Assembly: GCA_048128005.1 (NCBI GenBank)
Contig: JBEUKZ010000054.1
Coordinates: forward strand, 248,001-312,000
Source of the DNA: Veleropilina oligotropha
Taxonomy: Eukaryota
Length of the DNA: 64,000 bases
Reading direction: 5' to 3'
The notes under the pieces are model-generated. The model searched no databases and had not been told where the DNA came from. It saw nothing but the letters and a program-made list of their open reading frames with translations. Both the position numbers and the translations under genes were made by a program. Of the stretch, positions 35,701 through 45,672 are shown piece after piece; the first letter of the stretch is position 1; every line of letters starts with the position of its first letter.

Positions 35701-38700
35701 TGTGTATCTCAGAAACCCTTTTGCCCGACGCAAACGCAATTAGAAATACGGTTTTGTAAGTAAGGTTACGTATGGAAGCATTACGTATCGGCTCAAACGG
35801 GCTTTCTAGCAGAGCATTAAGTATAAGGATAATATTCCATGCTGGCGGCCGCGCCAGAGAAATCGGTCTTTCGAGTTCGTAGGACCTGATTAAATCAGAA
35901 ATAGTACGGTCTGACGATAAGTCAATTCGGGAACGACATTGTTTGAGTGTAGTCGAGATAGAGGCCCGATAACCTTTGACGGCCGAAACAGAAAGTCCTC
36001 GTTCGAATAACGACGTAATGAACTCGATAAATTTGTTCACAGGGGGACGGAGTATATTAACTTCCCGCCTGTGACACCAATCCACATATTTGACCCATCG
36101 GTAGTCATAGACTTTAGATGTAGATTGTCTTCGCGATCGGTAAATGCGGAGGGCTGTAGCACGAGAAAATCCTTTCTCAACAAGCGATCGTTCGATAACC
36201 GCCATGCGTGTAAACGAAGTTCGTTTGACGACGGGTGTAACACCCGTGAGCGTGGTTGCATTAGCAGGTCCGGCCTTTGCGGTAACGCAAGCGGTCGATC
36301 GACGATTAGATCGAGAAGAGTCGGAAACCAAGACTGCGTGCGATTTAGGGGCGCTATTAGCGTTATCTCGCAGCGGTCTCGCGCTGCCTTCTGTAGTACA
36401 AGTCGTAATATGGACGACGGGGGGAAGGCGTACGCGATCAGATTCTCCCATGTCACTGACAACGCGTCGACCGCAAGGGCGGCCGGGTCCGGGTACGGGG
36501 AGACATACAGAGGGAGTCGGTGATTGAACTCTGTTGCAAACAGATCGACTTGGGGTTGAGACCACCGGCGGCAAACCTCCCGAGCTACACGGCTGTGTAG
36601 CGTCCACTCTGTGTGTATAATCTGCGATTTCCGAGAGAGCGAGTCCACTCGGACGTTCAATATTCCCGGGATGTGTCGTGCTCGTATCGTCGAGTTGAGG
36701 GACATCACTAAGCGGTGTAGGTTGATTGCTCGGTCGCATAGGGGACGCGAGCGAGTGCCGCCCTGGTGTTGAACGTATGCGACGACAGTCGTGTTGTCCG
36801 TGGCGAGCAGTATGTGCTTGTTGCGGAGATGTGACGAGAAGGACCGTACTGTCAGGTAGACCGCTTCTAGTTCTAGATAGTTTATGTGTCGTCCCTGCAG
36901 GTCCGTCGGCCAAAGGCCCGATGTCTCGTAACTGTCGAGGTGACCTCCCCAGCCCTCGTTCGAAGCGTCCGTGTATAGGAAGGCGTTCGGTTCTGGCGGG
37001 GAAATGGGAACCGACTGGCTCGGCAATGCAGGGTTCAGCCACACTGCTGTCGAGTGATTGAACCAATGCCGAAGATCTATACGATCCGTCCACTGTCCCG
37101 TCCGTTGCACCCAGCGGTCCCTGAAGGCCTGCTGTAACGGTCGTTTGTCCATTCGTCCTGTCGGTAGCAGGGGCGCTACCGACTCGATGTGCCCCAGGAC
37201 AGTGGCCAGTTGTCGCGCCGCGGCTATCCCCGATGACCTTGTGTCCTGGATAACTGCGCGTAGGTTCACGATACGTTTCTCGGTCGGCTTCGCGGTGTAC
37301 CGGACCGTGTCGAAGACGACTCCGAGGAACGTAAACGTCGTCGAGGGCACGAAGCAGGATTTCTCGTTGTTGATCTGTAATCCTAGGCGCTTCGCCGATG
37401 ACAGGGTAACGCTCATAGACTGGAGGCACTGATCCCGGGACGCCCCGAGAATCAACCAGTCGTCGAGATACATGTGTACTCTGTGCCCTAGCGAGTGTAG
37501 GAAGGCCCCGAGGGCCTGTACTACCCGCGTGAAGACGTAGGGGGCTGACGATAGACCGAACGGTAGGCACCTGAATTGGTAGATCGTCTCCCCGTGTAAA
37601 AACCTGAGGTACTGATGAGCCGAGGCATGCATCGGAACGTGTAAGTACGCATCTGTCAGGTCGATAGACGCTGCCCAGTCGCCCGGACGGATGGCCGCTC
37701 GTATCTTCGAGAGTGTTTCTTGCTGGAACTTCTCGGTACGCAAATAGCGGTTGAGGTGCGAGAGATCGAGGATCGGTCTCCAGCGGCCATCGGGTTTCGG
37801 GACCAGGAAGAAATGGCTGTAAAATCCTGGTGTGCTGGGCGGCGCGGGATAGATGGCTCTTTTTAAGAGTAAGTCCCGCACTGCCTGGTCTAAGACCGCT
37901 TGCTTCTCTCCTTGAAGGAGGCGAGCGTGTCTTGGTGGTGGTGTCACGGATAGGGTTGGATGCCGGTTGAAACTCAACTTGTATCCAGCACTCACGACTG
38001 AGTGGACCCAGCTGCTGTCTGTTAACTCTAGCCACGTCTGGCTGTAGCCTAACAGGCACGCTCCCACCGGCGGGAGCGCGCAGCTGAGCACGTCGCGAGT
38101 GCCGGCAACCCTAGGGCCGTGACGGCTTCCCTCTCCCGCTCTGACGGGATTTAGTTGGAGGGCCTTTTTTCTCGCTGGATTTCCGGGCCGGAGGCCCACC
38201 CCGAGAAGGTCTGGCACGCTTGGAAGCTTTCGCGCCCCGAGTCGGGGCCGAACGCTTCCTTGAGGGGGCAGGTTGAGTACCCCGAGGGGTAGTCAATACT
38301 GCGCGCTCAATCGCACGATCTTTCAGCTCAACGGCTCTCTTGTCGACGAATTCGGTGAACTCGCCTCCGAAGAGAGTCGGGGCCGACAAGGGCACACATC
38401 GCAGAGAACGCCGGGTGGCGTCGTCTAACGATGTACCCTCGAGGCAGGCGTCCCTACGAAGTAGGAGCGCATTGCCCAAGACACGCGCGGACTCCAACGC
38501 GTTGTTCTCCGTTGCGGCAGCAACCTCGTGGAGGAAGGACAGGGCGGTCTCGCGAGCGCCGGGTCGGTCCTCCTGTAGAACGGCTATCGCACCGTCCAGG
38601 AACGAGTCCTGAACAGACGACAGCCGCAGAGCTCGTCGGGCACAGCTCTCGAAGGCATCCATGGCGGCCCATGGTACCTTCGCTACCGAGGGAGCTTGAC

Positions 38701-41700
38701 TGGCAGACAGACGACGCATCGCTACGTCAATCTGTGCTGGCTCAGCCACCAGGCACGGCTCAGAAAGCGCGATCGGCAACGGTCGCGAACTAGGCCGGAG
38801 GTATCTTCCTCTACGGAGGCCCCGAGGGAACTCCGTGAGAGAAGACGTCTCCACTGTCTTGCCTCCCTGAATGGCCCGGGTGGTCTGATCCAGAACCAGA
38901 TCCACCAAGCCAGACTGGGGGAGTACGGGAAGCTGGGGAGCCTCCGACTCAGCAAAACGGTGTGCTGCCGTCCTGTGCTTGATCGTACCTACCGGCCGGG
39001 CCGGGTCGGGTAGATCTAGCACCCCGCGAAGCGACGCGACTGCGTCGTGTCTTCGGCGGGTGGCGGAGATCGGCTCCTGCAAGCCTGATTGACTACGAGA
39101 GTCATCGGGACCGACCGATTCAAGGAGATCGGAGCGATCGGAGGGGACGTCCTCGTCGGAACGAGGGTCGACCTCCATCACCGAGGCAGGAGCCGTGCTC
39201 TGGGCCACGAGCAGAGGAGCAGAGACCTGGGGCGGCTGAACAGCCGGTAGCCAGGCCCTACTGCGGGCCTCGAATTCCGCCGCAATCATTGCATGGACGC
39301 TCTCCAAAGAGAGACCAACAGGCAAGACGGGCGTCGATCCAACAGCCAGTGGATCGCTCGAGGACATCGTGGCGCATGGTAGACGGGCTGCTGGGCCAGA
39401 TTGATATGAGAACCAGGGTCTCACATCACCTGACGAGCGGGTACTCCCGGAGAACGGGCCAAAAGGCGTGTTAACCGGAGCTCGACTCCCGAAAGACTGC
39501 GGCCACAGTCCCGTGGGGGTCGCCGCTCTGTTCAGGGGGTAGACGGGGGAAGCTCCCGCGTACATACCCATCCCGAACGCAGCCGGTCCGTCCGCGCCAA
39601 CTAGTCTGAGCCCAAAGGGGTCAGGGGAGTCGGCGGGTCCTCCGACAAGACTGGGAGCTCCGAGGTGTAAGGACGAACCCTGGGGAGGGTCGGTCGCACC
39701 ATCGGCCAGTGAGTCGGGTGTCGTTGGTGGTCCGGATCTTAAACCACCTTGGTGGTGTCCGGCAACTGTTCCAACTTGCTCTGCCGTCCGCAGTATGCCG
39801 CTCGGCATACCACTTGTGACAGAAGGACTAGCCGTCCCCTGCTCTTCCGAGGCCGAAAGAGAGGAAGGGGATAGCCTGCCCTGCTCAGCTGTTCGCTGTA
39901 AGGTCCGGTGTACCATGCTAGCCGGCATGGCACTATTGGACGCAGCTACTAGGCCCGTGGTACGAGGAGAAACGGTCAGCACTCGGGCTCCTCTTACCTG
40001 GTCTTGAACCTGGGACGCCGGCGAGGTTTCCACGGTTTTCCCCAAAACCGTAGCGGTTTCGTCGGCGGGTCCTGCAACCTGCGATGCCCCAGTTCGCTGG
40101 TCGCCTCGCGTCCCTGAAACAGACGAATCAGAAATTAGCCCTGACTTACCCGTCGTCTGTTTCTCCGGGGGAAGCCCAACAGAGACGGACTCCCTGGTAG
40201 CCATCGTCCCTGGTGGGTAGATAAGTGCCCACTGCCGATCCGTTAAAAGTAGACATTTAGCACAGGGGTATCTCTTAGCACAACTACGGTGAATGCGACA
40301 TACCGAATGCTTGTCGAAGCTGTGTATCTTTTGGTTACACTCAGGCTCACTGCAACGGACCATAGCTGTTACACGGGTAGGAAAGGTAGTGGGAACCGGG
40401 AAATTTAGGGATATCCGGGTAGTACGCTTCACGTGTTAAACTACCACACCTTATATAGGGGTCTCTAATCCGAGTATATATGGAAAAGACCGGATATTGA
40501 CCCTAAATTGTTATGAATCACACTTCGGTACACAACCGAAGAACAGACAAGTAACCCGACTAGAATATAAACCAAGCCCGACGTACAAGCTTTATTAAAA
40601 CGGCTTGTCGGACACTAACAAATTGAATGAAGGCAGATATATATAGATAGTAGGAGGCTATATATAGAAACAGCCGCCTTTAAACACCTGAAAACCTCGT
40701 GGATGTTGATTTCAATAGGTTAGAGCGTTGGCGAAATATCCCAGATTCGGCAGATAGGCTAAAGAACGCACGTTAATACCTAAATATCTGCCTTGTTAGC
40801 GACGCTAAATTCGATTGAACAAAGTTACTAAGAATTTAAGCAAGATACGCCGCTAAGGAATTATCTAATATATATATGAATTACAAGTAATTTCAAGCAA
40901 TATTAGAACACAAACACTTCCTGCTTTGAAAGGATTCGCCTATGCGAAGCTTTCCTGCTTGAAGAACGTTCCCTCCTGAGCGGCCCTCTTTAGATCTTTA
41001 CATTGTAAATTCCAAGATGGCGGGCCGAAAACCTCGTGGCCAGAATCTCACAACTTTTAAACTTTGCTAATTCGGCCTGTATACTCCGAACACAGTTAAA
41101 TACTTCCTCAGCTCATATATATATATATGAATGGCACAATATTGTGCGAAAGAAACTTGTTTAAAAGTAACTTCTTATAGTCTATGTTTTGACAAGACTG
41201 AAGCACGTCCGGACAGACTGACGGAAGACTTAAAAAGGATACCAGATCTGTCTTGGTCTCTGAGGTCTCGCGAGACTTGGGCAGATCTCGTGGGAGGAAC
41301 GCGAGAGAGGTGAGCAGGGGGGGTAAGCGTGTAAGTTTAAATGAAAGTGAAACGCTTTTTCACAGTTTCCGGTTTAGCGATAATAGGGCTATTATGGCAT
41401 AGGTAATGACGTAGAGTATATTGCTACTAATAAAGGCATGCGATAAAATACACAAATATAGATCAGATTTGATTACAAGAGAGATGAAAGATAAAGGTTA
41501 ACTCAATTTATGCCATGTCTATTTGCATACAATAGAAAATGTAAGTTATTTATAATGATTAGAGTTCCACTCAAATTTTCATACCACGTTAGAAAGTGAA
41601 GAGATTATGAGCATAATTTTACTCGAAGTATTGAGATCAACACAGCTCTCCAATACAGCTGTCCAAGTTCTCCTTCCCTCTGCCAGTTGACCTCTGTTAC

Positions 41701-44057
41701 TCACTTTGACCAGCCAGTCCCTCCAGGCGAAGTACATCTGTCCGAGTTCCCCCTCCATCTGCCGGATGACCTCTGTTACTCACCTTGACCAGCCTGTCCC
41801 TCCGGGAGTAGAGCTGTCCGAGTTCCCCCTCCATCTGCCGGATGACCTCTGTTACTCACCTTGACCAGCCTGTCCCTCCAGGAGGAGTAGATTGTCAGAG
41901 TTCTCCTTCTATCTGTCGGATGATCTCTGTTAATGACCTTGACCAGCCGGTTCCTCCAGAAGGAGCAGAGCTGTCCGATTTCTCCCTCCATCTGCCAGCT
42001 GACCTCCATTACTCACCATGACCAGCCGGTCTCTCCAGGAGGAGTAGAGCTGTCCGATTTCTCCCTCCATCTGCCGGATGACCTCCATTACTCACCATGA
42101 CAAACCGGTCTCTCCAGGAGGAGTAGAGCTGTCAGAGTTCCCCATCCATCTGCCGGTTGTCCTCCGTTACTCACCTTGACCAGCCTGTCCTGCCAGGAGG
42201 AGTAGAGCTGTCCGAGTTCCCCCTCCATCTGCCGGATAACCTATGTTACTCACCATGACCAGCCAGTCCCTCCAGGAGGAGTAGTGCTGGTCAAGTTCTC
42301 CTTCCATCTGCCGGTTGTCCTCTGTTACTCACCTTGACCAGCCGGTCCCTCCAGGAGGAGTAGAGCTGTCCGAGTTCTCCCTCCATCTGCCGGAGCGCCT
42401 GCTTCCGTTGGATCTCCGTCTCTGCGTGGATCAGATCTCCGAGCCCCTCCACCTCTGTCAGATCCAGCTTACCATTCATGAACGCTCTGAATGAATCAAA
42501 ATCATGTGATGTTAATCAGTTTAGTTTTTCAACAGCGTTATGGCATTATTCAGTCATATCAGATTCTGTAGTTGAAACCTCTGCTTAACGTCTCCTACGA
42601 AGGACTGGTGACATGTATATAAACATCCTTTTACCAGCATTCAGCATTAGAATAAGCTATGCCGCGAATTGAACCGACATCTTACCGTCCTACTTAAATA
42701 ATAATTAAGCAGAAAGACAGAAATAAAATTAGGAAATAAAATTAGAATGCTTGTAATCTTTAGAAGTATGAAAAACACAGTCACTGTGGTGCATGATTTG
42801 AGCCACTCACTATAAACTATGGCAGATCTATAGTACAGAGTCAATCTAATCTCAACTTTCATTATCAGTCATGGCAGTCAGACAAGTTTGGCGGTTTCAC
42901 ACTGTATATTAACTGCAACACAATCACGTAGCATACATGGGTTCTCAGCAGATCACCGGAGGTAAACAACATTGAGTTTTAGATTGGTGACCATGCTGGT
43001 ACTGGCCAGTGGCCAAGTGTTATCGACAAAACTGTCTGAGAAGAAAAAGACATAAATCAAAGGGTTCTGATGAAGATTGTTCAAGTGGGTCATAAAACAT
43101 GAAATACAACCAAACCACGGTAAATTCTAGGTTTGTTCCAAGAATACATTCAATTTGGTTTCTTAACAATGAAAATTTCAATACCACAACATCTTCTGTT
43201 TAGGTGAACAAAATTAAGAGAAGGTTCTCTACCGTTTAGTGAATTCGCCCGCCTCGGCTTGGCGTAAGCCCGGGATTGATCCCATTGCGGTCAACATGGC
43301 TGCTACAACTGCCGGCCCGCCATGAACATGAAACTCCGCGCAGTCCTCGCCGGTGAAACTGTGCGGACCTGGGAAGATATAATATGCGATCATGCATTAT
43401 GCTGAACAAGGATGTAAAAATGCGTTATCTCGATACCATCATCTATAGAAACACCTTTGACATAATACTTATACATGTATTGCATTGGAAAGTAATTCAA
43501 TTCATATTTATAAAAGACAGTTAATTTAATTTAACTGAAAAACAACAACAGATCTGAGATGGAGCCATGCCTTTAATTTTAATGCAAGATAAATTGGCTG
43601 CCTTAAGATAAATCTGGGTTGATTGATCTCAAAGCGGAATATAATCATAGATAATATATTATACCTGTCATGATCGGGAAACTGTGTAATGTCTGATTCT
43701 GAAATATCTCACCTGCAAACCATATCAACAGCCCTCTGTCAAGCGCCTCGTTGCTCTTTGGATCATAAAATCGCTGCAATGTTGTCAACCGAGGCTTGGG
43801 CAGGTGCTTTAGTTTGCTGATTGATTTCACTGCATCAGCAGTCCGGGGACCAGACACCCTCAATACTGACACGCCACATTTACCATGTCCTGAGGATAGG
43901 GAAAAGATGGACCCTAGAGCTCTCGTGACGTCATTAGAGTAACAGCGGTGATATGACCAGTGGGATGCTGCATGTGTCAGACAATTCAGCCTCATACTGA
44001 CGACGCTGGGAGATACATGGTGAAACTGAACCTGCCGGACGTCGGGACTACCAACGA
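26561..44057 (-). CDS. GTPBP3: Mitochondrial tRNA modification GTPase GTPBP3 (MnmE/TrmE/MSS1 family), spliced gene; ~528 aa if the ATG at 43995 is the start
   Basis: Exons 44057-43713, 43368-43233, 42486-42333, 33901-33829, 33250-33107, 32395-32230, 28083-27679, 26786-26561, all GT-AG with compatible phases. Motifs [49 protein letters not shown]1 [18 protein letters not shown]3 DTAGLR, G4 NKVD, terminal FCIGK. True start uncertain. Confidence 0.95.
27679..28083 (-). CDS. GTPBP3: GTPBP3 exon (G4/G5 motifs and variable insertion)
   Basis: ttttcag|AGCCGTAGAA...CAAGAGAG|gtatgg; [16 protein letters not shown]; 405 bp, phase 2 to 2. Confidence 0.92.
28130..28330 (-). mobile_element. Possible decayed SINE fragment in intron
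   Basis: ggaggaaaggccgatcgcccggggaaaccc and gagatttgaacccac resemble the reverse strand of tRNA-SINE core and B-box motifs. Confidence 0.3.
28440..28570 (+). mobile_element. Possible Penelope-like GIY-YIG C-terminal remnant
   Basis: [17 protein letters not shown] resembles the RE..W..R.IKEAI motif of Penelope endonucleases; very short. Confidence 0.35.
28581..32045. repeat. 45-bp intronic tandem array, about 77 units
   Basis: Unit gcaatgatcgtgcagtacgtgcctatcgagtgctcaggcctccat; substitutions only, no indels seen. Confidence 0.98.
32230..32395 (-). CDS. GTPBP3: GTPBP3 exon (G2, G3)
   Basis: aattag|GTCAAAGA...ATGGATAG|gtacag; [21 protein letters not shown]. Confidence 0.95.
32930..33130. repeat. 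Short tandem copies of the GTPBP3 exon end plus splice donor
   Basis: Repeats of actcacatattgc(a/g)ttcagcagact; minus strand ctgctgaa(c/t)gcaatat|gtgag about 7 times. Confidence 0.85.
33107..33250 (-). CDS. GTPBP3: GTPBP3 exon (P-loop)
   Basis: ttttcag|TCAGTGATGAG...GCAATAT|gtgagt; [29 protein letters not shown]. Confidence 0.95.
33829..33901 (-). CDS. GTPBP3: GTPBP3 exon
   Basis: tgtttcag|TGTACCGCT...GATGTCG|gtaaac; [24 protein letters not shown]; 73 bp. Confidence 0.93.
34360..35010 (-). ncRNA. Candidate structured 3' RNA domain (copy B)
   Basis: Same conserved blocks and compensatory changes as in A, C and D. Confidence 0.6.
35117..38110 (-). CDS. DIRS B tyrosine recombinase ORF3 with long N-terminal extension overlapping pol; one in-frame TAA at 35507-35509
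   Basis: GKRVSEIH (R), AHETRA (HxxR), AGYW...FVKHYLRD (Y). ORFs 35507-38059 and 35117-35461 share a frame; the stop lies in a 6-bp tactaa duplication. Confidence 0.88.
36037..38217 (-). CDS. DIRS B pol: RT, RNase H and Dam-like methyltransferase domain
   Basis: [22 protein letters not shown]...AYAFPP...LIAP...WF; no AUG before the RT core. Confidence 0.93.
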   Translation of the reverse strand: MPDLLGVGLRPGNPARKKALQLNPVRAGEGSRHGPRVAGTRDVLSCALPPVGACLLGYSQTWLELTDSSWVHSVVSAGYKLSFNRHPTLSVTPPPRHARLLQGEKQAVLDQAVRDLLLKRAIYPAPPSTPGFYSHFFLVPKPDGRWRPILDLSHLNRYLRTEKFQQETLSKIRAAIRPGDWAASIDLTDAYLHVPMHASAHQYLRFLHGETIYQFRCLPFGLSSAPYVFTRVVQALGAFLHSLGHRVHMYLDDWLILGASRDQCLQSMSVTLSSAKRLGLQINNEKSCFVPSTTFTFLGVVFDTVRYTAKPTEKRIVNLRAVIQDTRSSGIAAARQLATVLGHIESVAPLLPTGRMDKRPLQQAFRDRWVQRTGQWTDRIDLRHWFNHSTAVWLNPALPSQSVPISPPEPNAFLYTDASNEGWGGHLDSYETSGLWPTDLQGRHINYLELEAVYLTVRSFSSHLRNKHILLATDNTTVVAYVQHQGGTRSRPLCDRAINLHRLVMSLNSTIRARHIPGILNVRVDSLSRKSQIIHTEWTLHSRVAREVCRRWSQPQVDLFATEFNHRLPLYVSPYPDPAALAVDALSVTWENLIAYAFPPSSILRLVLQKAARDRCEITLIAPLNRTQSWFPTLLDLIVDRPLALPQRPDLLMQPRSRVLHPSSNELRLHAWRLSNDRLLRKDFLVLQPSAFTDREDNLHLKSMTTDGSNMWIGVTGGKLIYSVPL
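38111..40363 (-). CDS. DIRS B gag (ORF1), 750 aa
   Basis: ATG at 40363 followed by the Cys/His finger CSEPEC...[12 protein letters not shown]...PCAKC; conserved C-terminal LLLRRD...LFG. Confidence 0.88.
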   Translation of the reverse strand: MVRCSEPECNQKIHSFDKHSVCRIHRSCAKRYPCAKCLLLTDRQWALIYPPGTMATRESVSVGLPPEKQTTGKSGLISDSSVSGTRGDQRTGASQVAGPADETATVLGKTVETSPASQVQDQVRGARVLTVSPRTTGLVAASNSAMPASMVHRTLQRTAEQGRLSPSSLSASEEQGTASPSVTSGMPSGILRTAEQVGTVAGHHQGGLRSGPPTTPDSLADGATDPPQGSSLHLGAPSLVGGPADSPDPFGLRLVGADGPAAFGMGMYAGASPVYPLNRAATPTGLWPQSFGSRAPVNTPFGPFSGSTRSSGDVRPWFSYQSGPAARLPCATMSSSDPLAVGSTPVLPVGLSLESVHAMIAAEFEARSRAWLPAVQPPQVSAPLLVAQSTAPASVMEVDPRSDEDVPSDRSDLLESVGPDDSRSQSGLQEPISATRRRHDAVASLRGVLDLPDPARPVGTIKHRTAAHRFAESEAPQLPVLPQSGLVDLVLDQTTRAIQGGKTVETSSLTEFPRGLRRGRYLRPSSRPLPIALSEPCLVAEPAQIDVAMRRLSASQAPSVAKVPWAAMDAFESCARRALRLSSVQDSFLDGAIAVLQEDRPGARETALSFLHEVAAATENNALESARVLGNALLLRRDACLEGTSLDDATRRSLRCVPLSAPTLFGGEFTEFVDKRAVELKDRAIERAVLTTPRGTQPAPSRKRSAPTRGAKASKRARPSRGGPPARKSSEKKGPPTKSRQSGRGKPSRP
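41640..42395. repeat. ~79-bp tandem array made of the GTPBP3 exon 3' end plus donor (about 9 copies)
   Basis: Minus-strand unit ...cagatggagggggaactcggacagctctactcctcctggagggacaggctggtcaag|gtgagtaac; ttactcac on plus at ~41697, 41776, 41852, 42009, 42088, 42167, 42246 and 42325. Confidence 0.92.
42333..42486 (-). CDS. GTPBP3: GTPBP3 exon
   Basis: attcag|AGCGTTCATG...GTCAAG|gtgagt; [31 protein letters not shown]. Confidence 0.95.
43233..43368 (-). CDS. GTPBP3: GTPBP3 exon
   Basis: ttcccag|GTCCGCAC...ACTAAACG|gtagag; [21 protein letters not shown]...GEFTKR. Confidence 0.95.
43713..44057 (-). CDS. GTPBP3: GTPBP3 N-terminal exon (transit-peptide-like region and folate-binding domain start)
   Basis: tttattgcag|TCGTTGG...TTTGCAG|gtgaga; HRCYS...[22 protein letters not shown]...LDRGLLIWF. 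Confidence 0.9.
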
Positions 44058-45241
44058 CTGCAATAAAGAAAGACATTTTAGCATCATTGGTCGAATTACG
44101 TGAATCAACATTTCAAGCTTAGCAGGTGATATAACTTAAAGGCCGGACTGCCACTATGAAAGGCGCCTGAGCCAGTGATCTGCTCATTTCTGATTTAGAA
44201 ACTGACACGAGCACATTGACATATGATTGGTTGCGAAATGGTTTAACCAAAGAAATAAAATTGCGAAGTATGTTTTTAATTATTACAGCAATTATCACCA
44301 ACAGACTTCACAGGCAACCTTAAATAGCCGACGACGCAGGGTCTTGGACCAGGGGGTCACTTTTCCCGGCCTTTAATTGACTGATATGTAATAGATAATA
44401 CACTGCCAGCCCGAGCGTTATAATTCACATAAAACTAGGCAGACGCCAGTTTTGTTATAATGCCGAGGGGTGGCAGCTGTATTATGTTATACACACCGCG
44501 GAAATCTATTGTAAATTGCAAGTTGTAACCCTTTAAAACATTCATATCATGCTCTAGAGGGCAATATATGGTGGGCAATTGAGTCGGCTCTTCCACTGGC
44601 AGCTTGTCAAATCTATTGTCGCTCAATTTAGTCTGGCCAGCTAGCCGAGCTAACCATTGTCTAGAATCAATGGGTCAATTAACACTAGGAGTTCACATAA
44701 CCGAGCCCATGGTGTGTATTCACAGATAAACAACACTTTATAAACGTATCATTGTGAAATAGCATGGTGCATGCATGGATTGCAAAGGCTCAAATCTGTG
44801 TTGAATAAATTCGCTGGGATAAAATTAAAGCATAGTTAGGCCTACTATAAATTATAGGCCTAATGTTCAGTAGTAGCTAGGGCCAATTGGGTCACCAGTT
44901 GAGTTAGTCTGGTAGCAGAACAAAAAAGTACACTTTAGGGTATACACGATTATGATGTTTTATGGCTGTTTATGCTTCCTTAGCATGTATATAGACATAA
45001 TCCACCGGATGACATTTTGTCATCTTTGGGGAAATTTTCTGATATTAACATAATATTTGTAAAGAAATAAGGCAAAGTCGAATTTATATCATTGTAAATC
45101 ATCTAACATAGAGGTTAGCACATATGTTAGCTTATATGAATGTCACAAATGTTACTGGCTGGAAAAAATATCATATATATTGGTTGGTTTAGCTAAAAAC
45201 TGACTATCCTCGCGATCGTTTAATAAATTTGAATACCTCTG

Positions 45242-45672
45242 CAGGCGCGGATCCAGAAAATTCACTTAGGGGGGCGCTGAATTTATTATCAACTGTTCGC
45301 GTGGGGGCGGGGCCCACGCGAAAGAAAATTTTGAGAATCAACAGCCTGAAACCTTCTCTCCTGCACTCTGACAGGGCAAAAGCGATATTTCAATCTAACT
45401 TTTTATGAACCACCATCACTCAAATAGCACGAGTCAAATTTGTATTTTATTTTGTCATAATCGAATTGTCCGCGTAGGGTCGGCGCCCCACTCGCAAGAA
45501 AATTATGACAATTAACGATGTGAAATCCCCCCTCCTACATTATTACATTGCAACAGCCTATTTATAATGTTCTGAAAGTCATTTGTATCAGATTATACAT
45601 ATTATTTTAGTATGCTTGGCCAACTTTAGAGGGGGCGCGCGCCGGGTGCGCCCCCCCCTGGATCCGCGCCTG
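45242..45672. mobile_element. MITE, 431 bp, 15-bp TIRs, 5-bp TSD
   Basis: caggcgcggatccag / ctggatccgcgcctg; ctctg at 45237-45241 and 45673-45677. Confidence 0.88.

Larger units (their letters stand above)
33913..41433 (-). mobile_element. DIRS1-like retrotransposon B, near intact, in a GTPBP3 intron
   Basis: ~187-bp ITRs (33954-34140 and 41227-41413, one mismatch seen); ICR 34218-34309; gag, pol and YR ORFs. Confidence 0.96.

Noticed and set aside
26561..44057. Bacterial mnmE or horizontal transfer
   Set aside because: Seven spliceosomal introns and a transit-peptide-like N-terminus indicate the ordinary nuclear GTPBP3.
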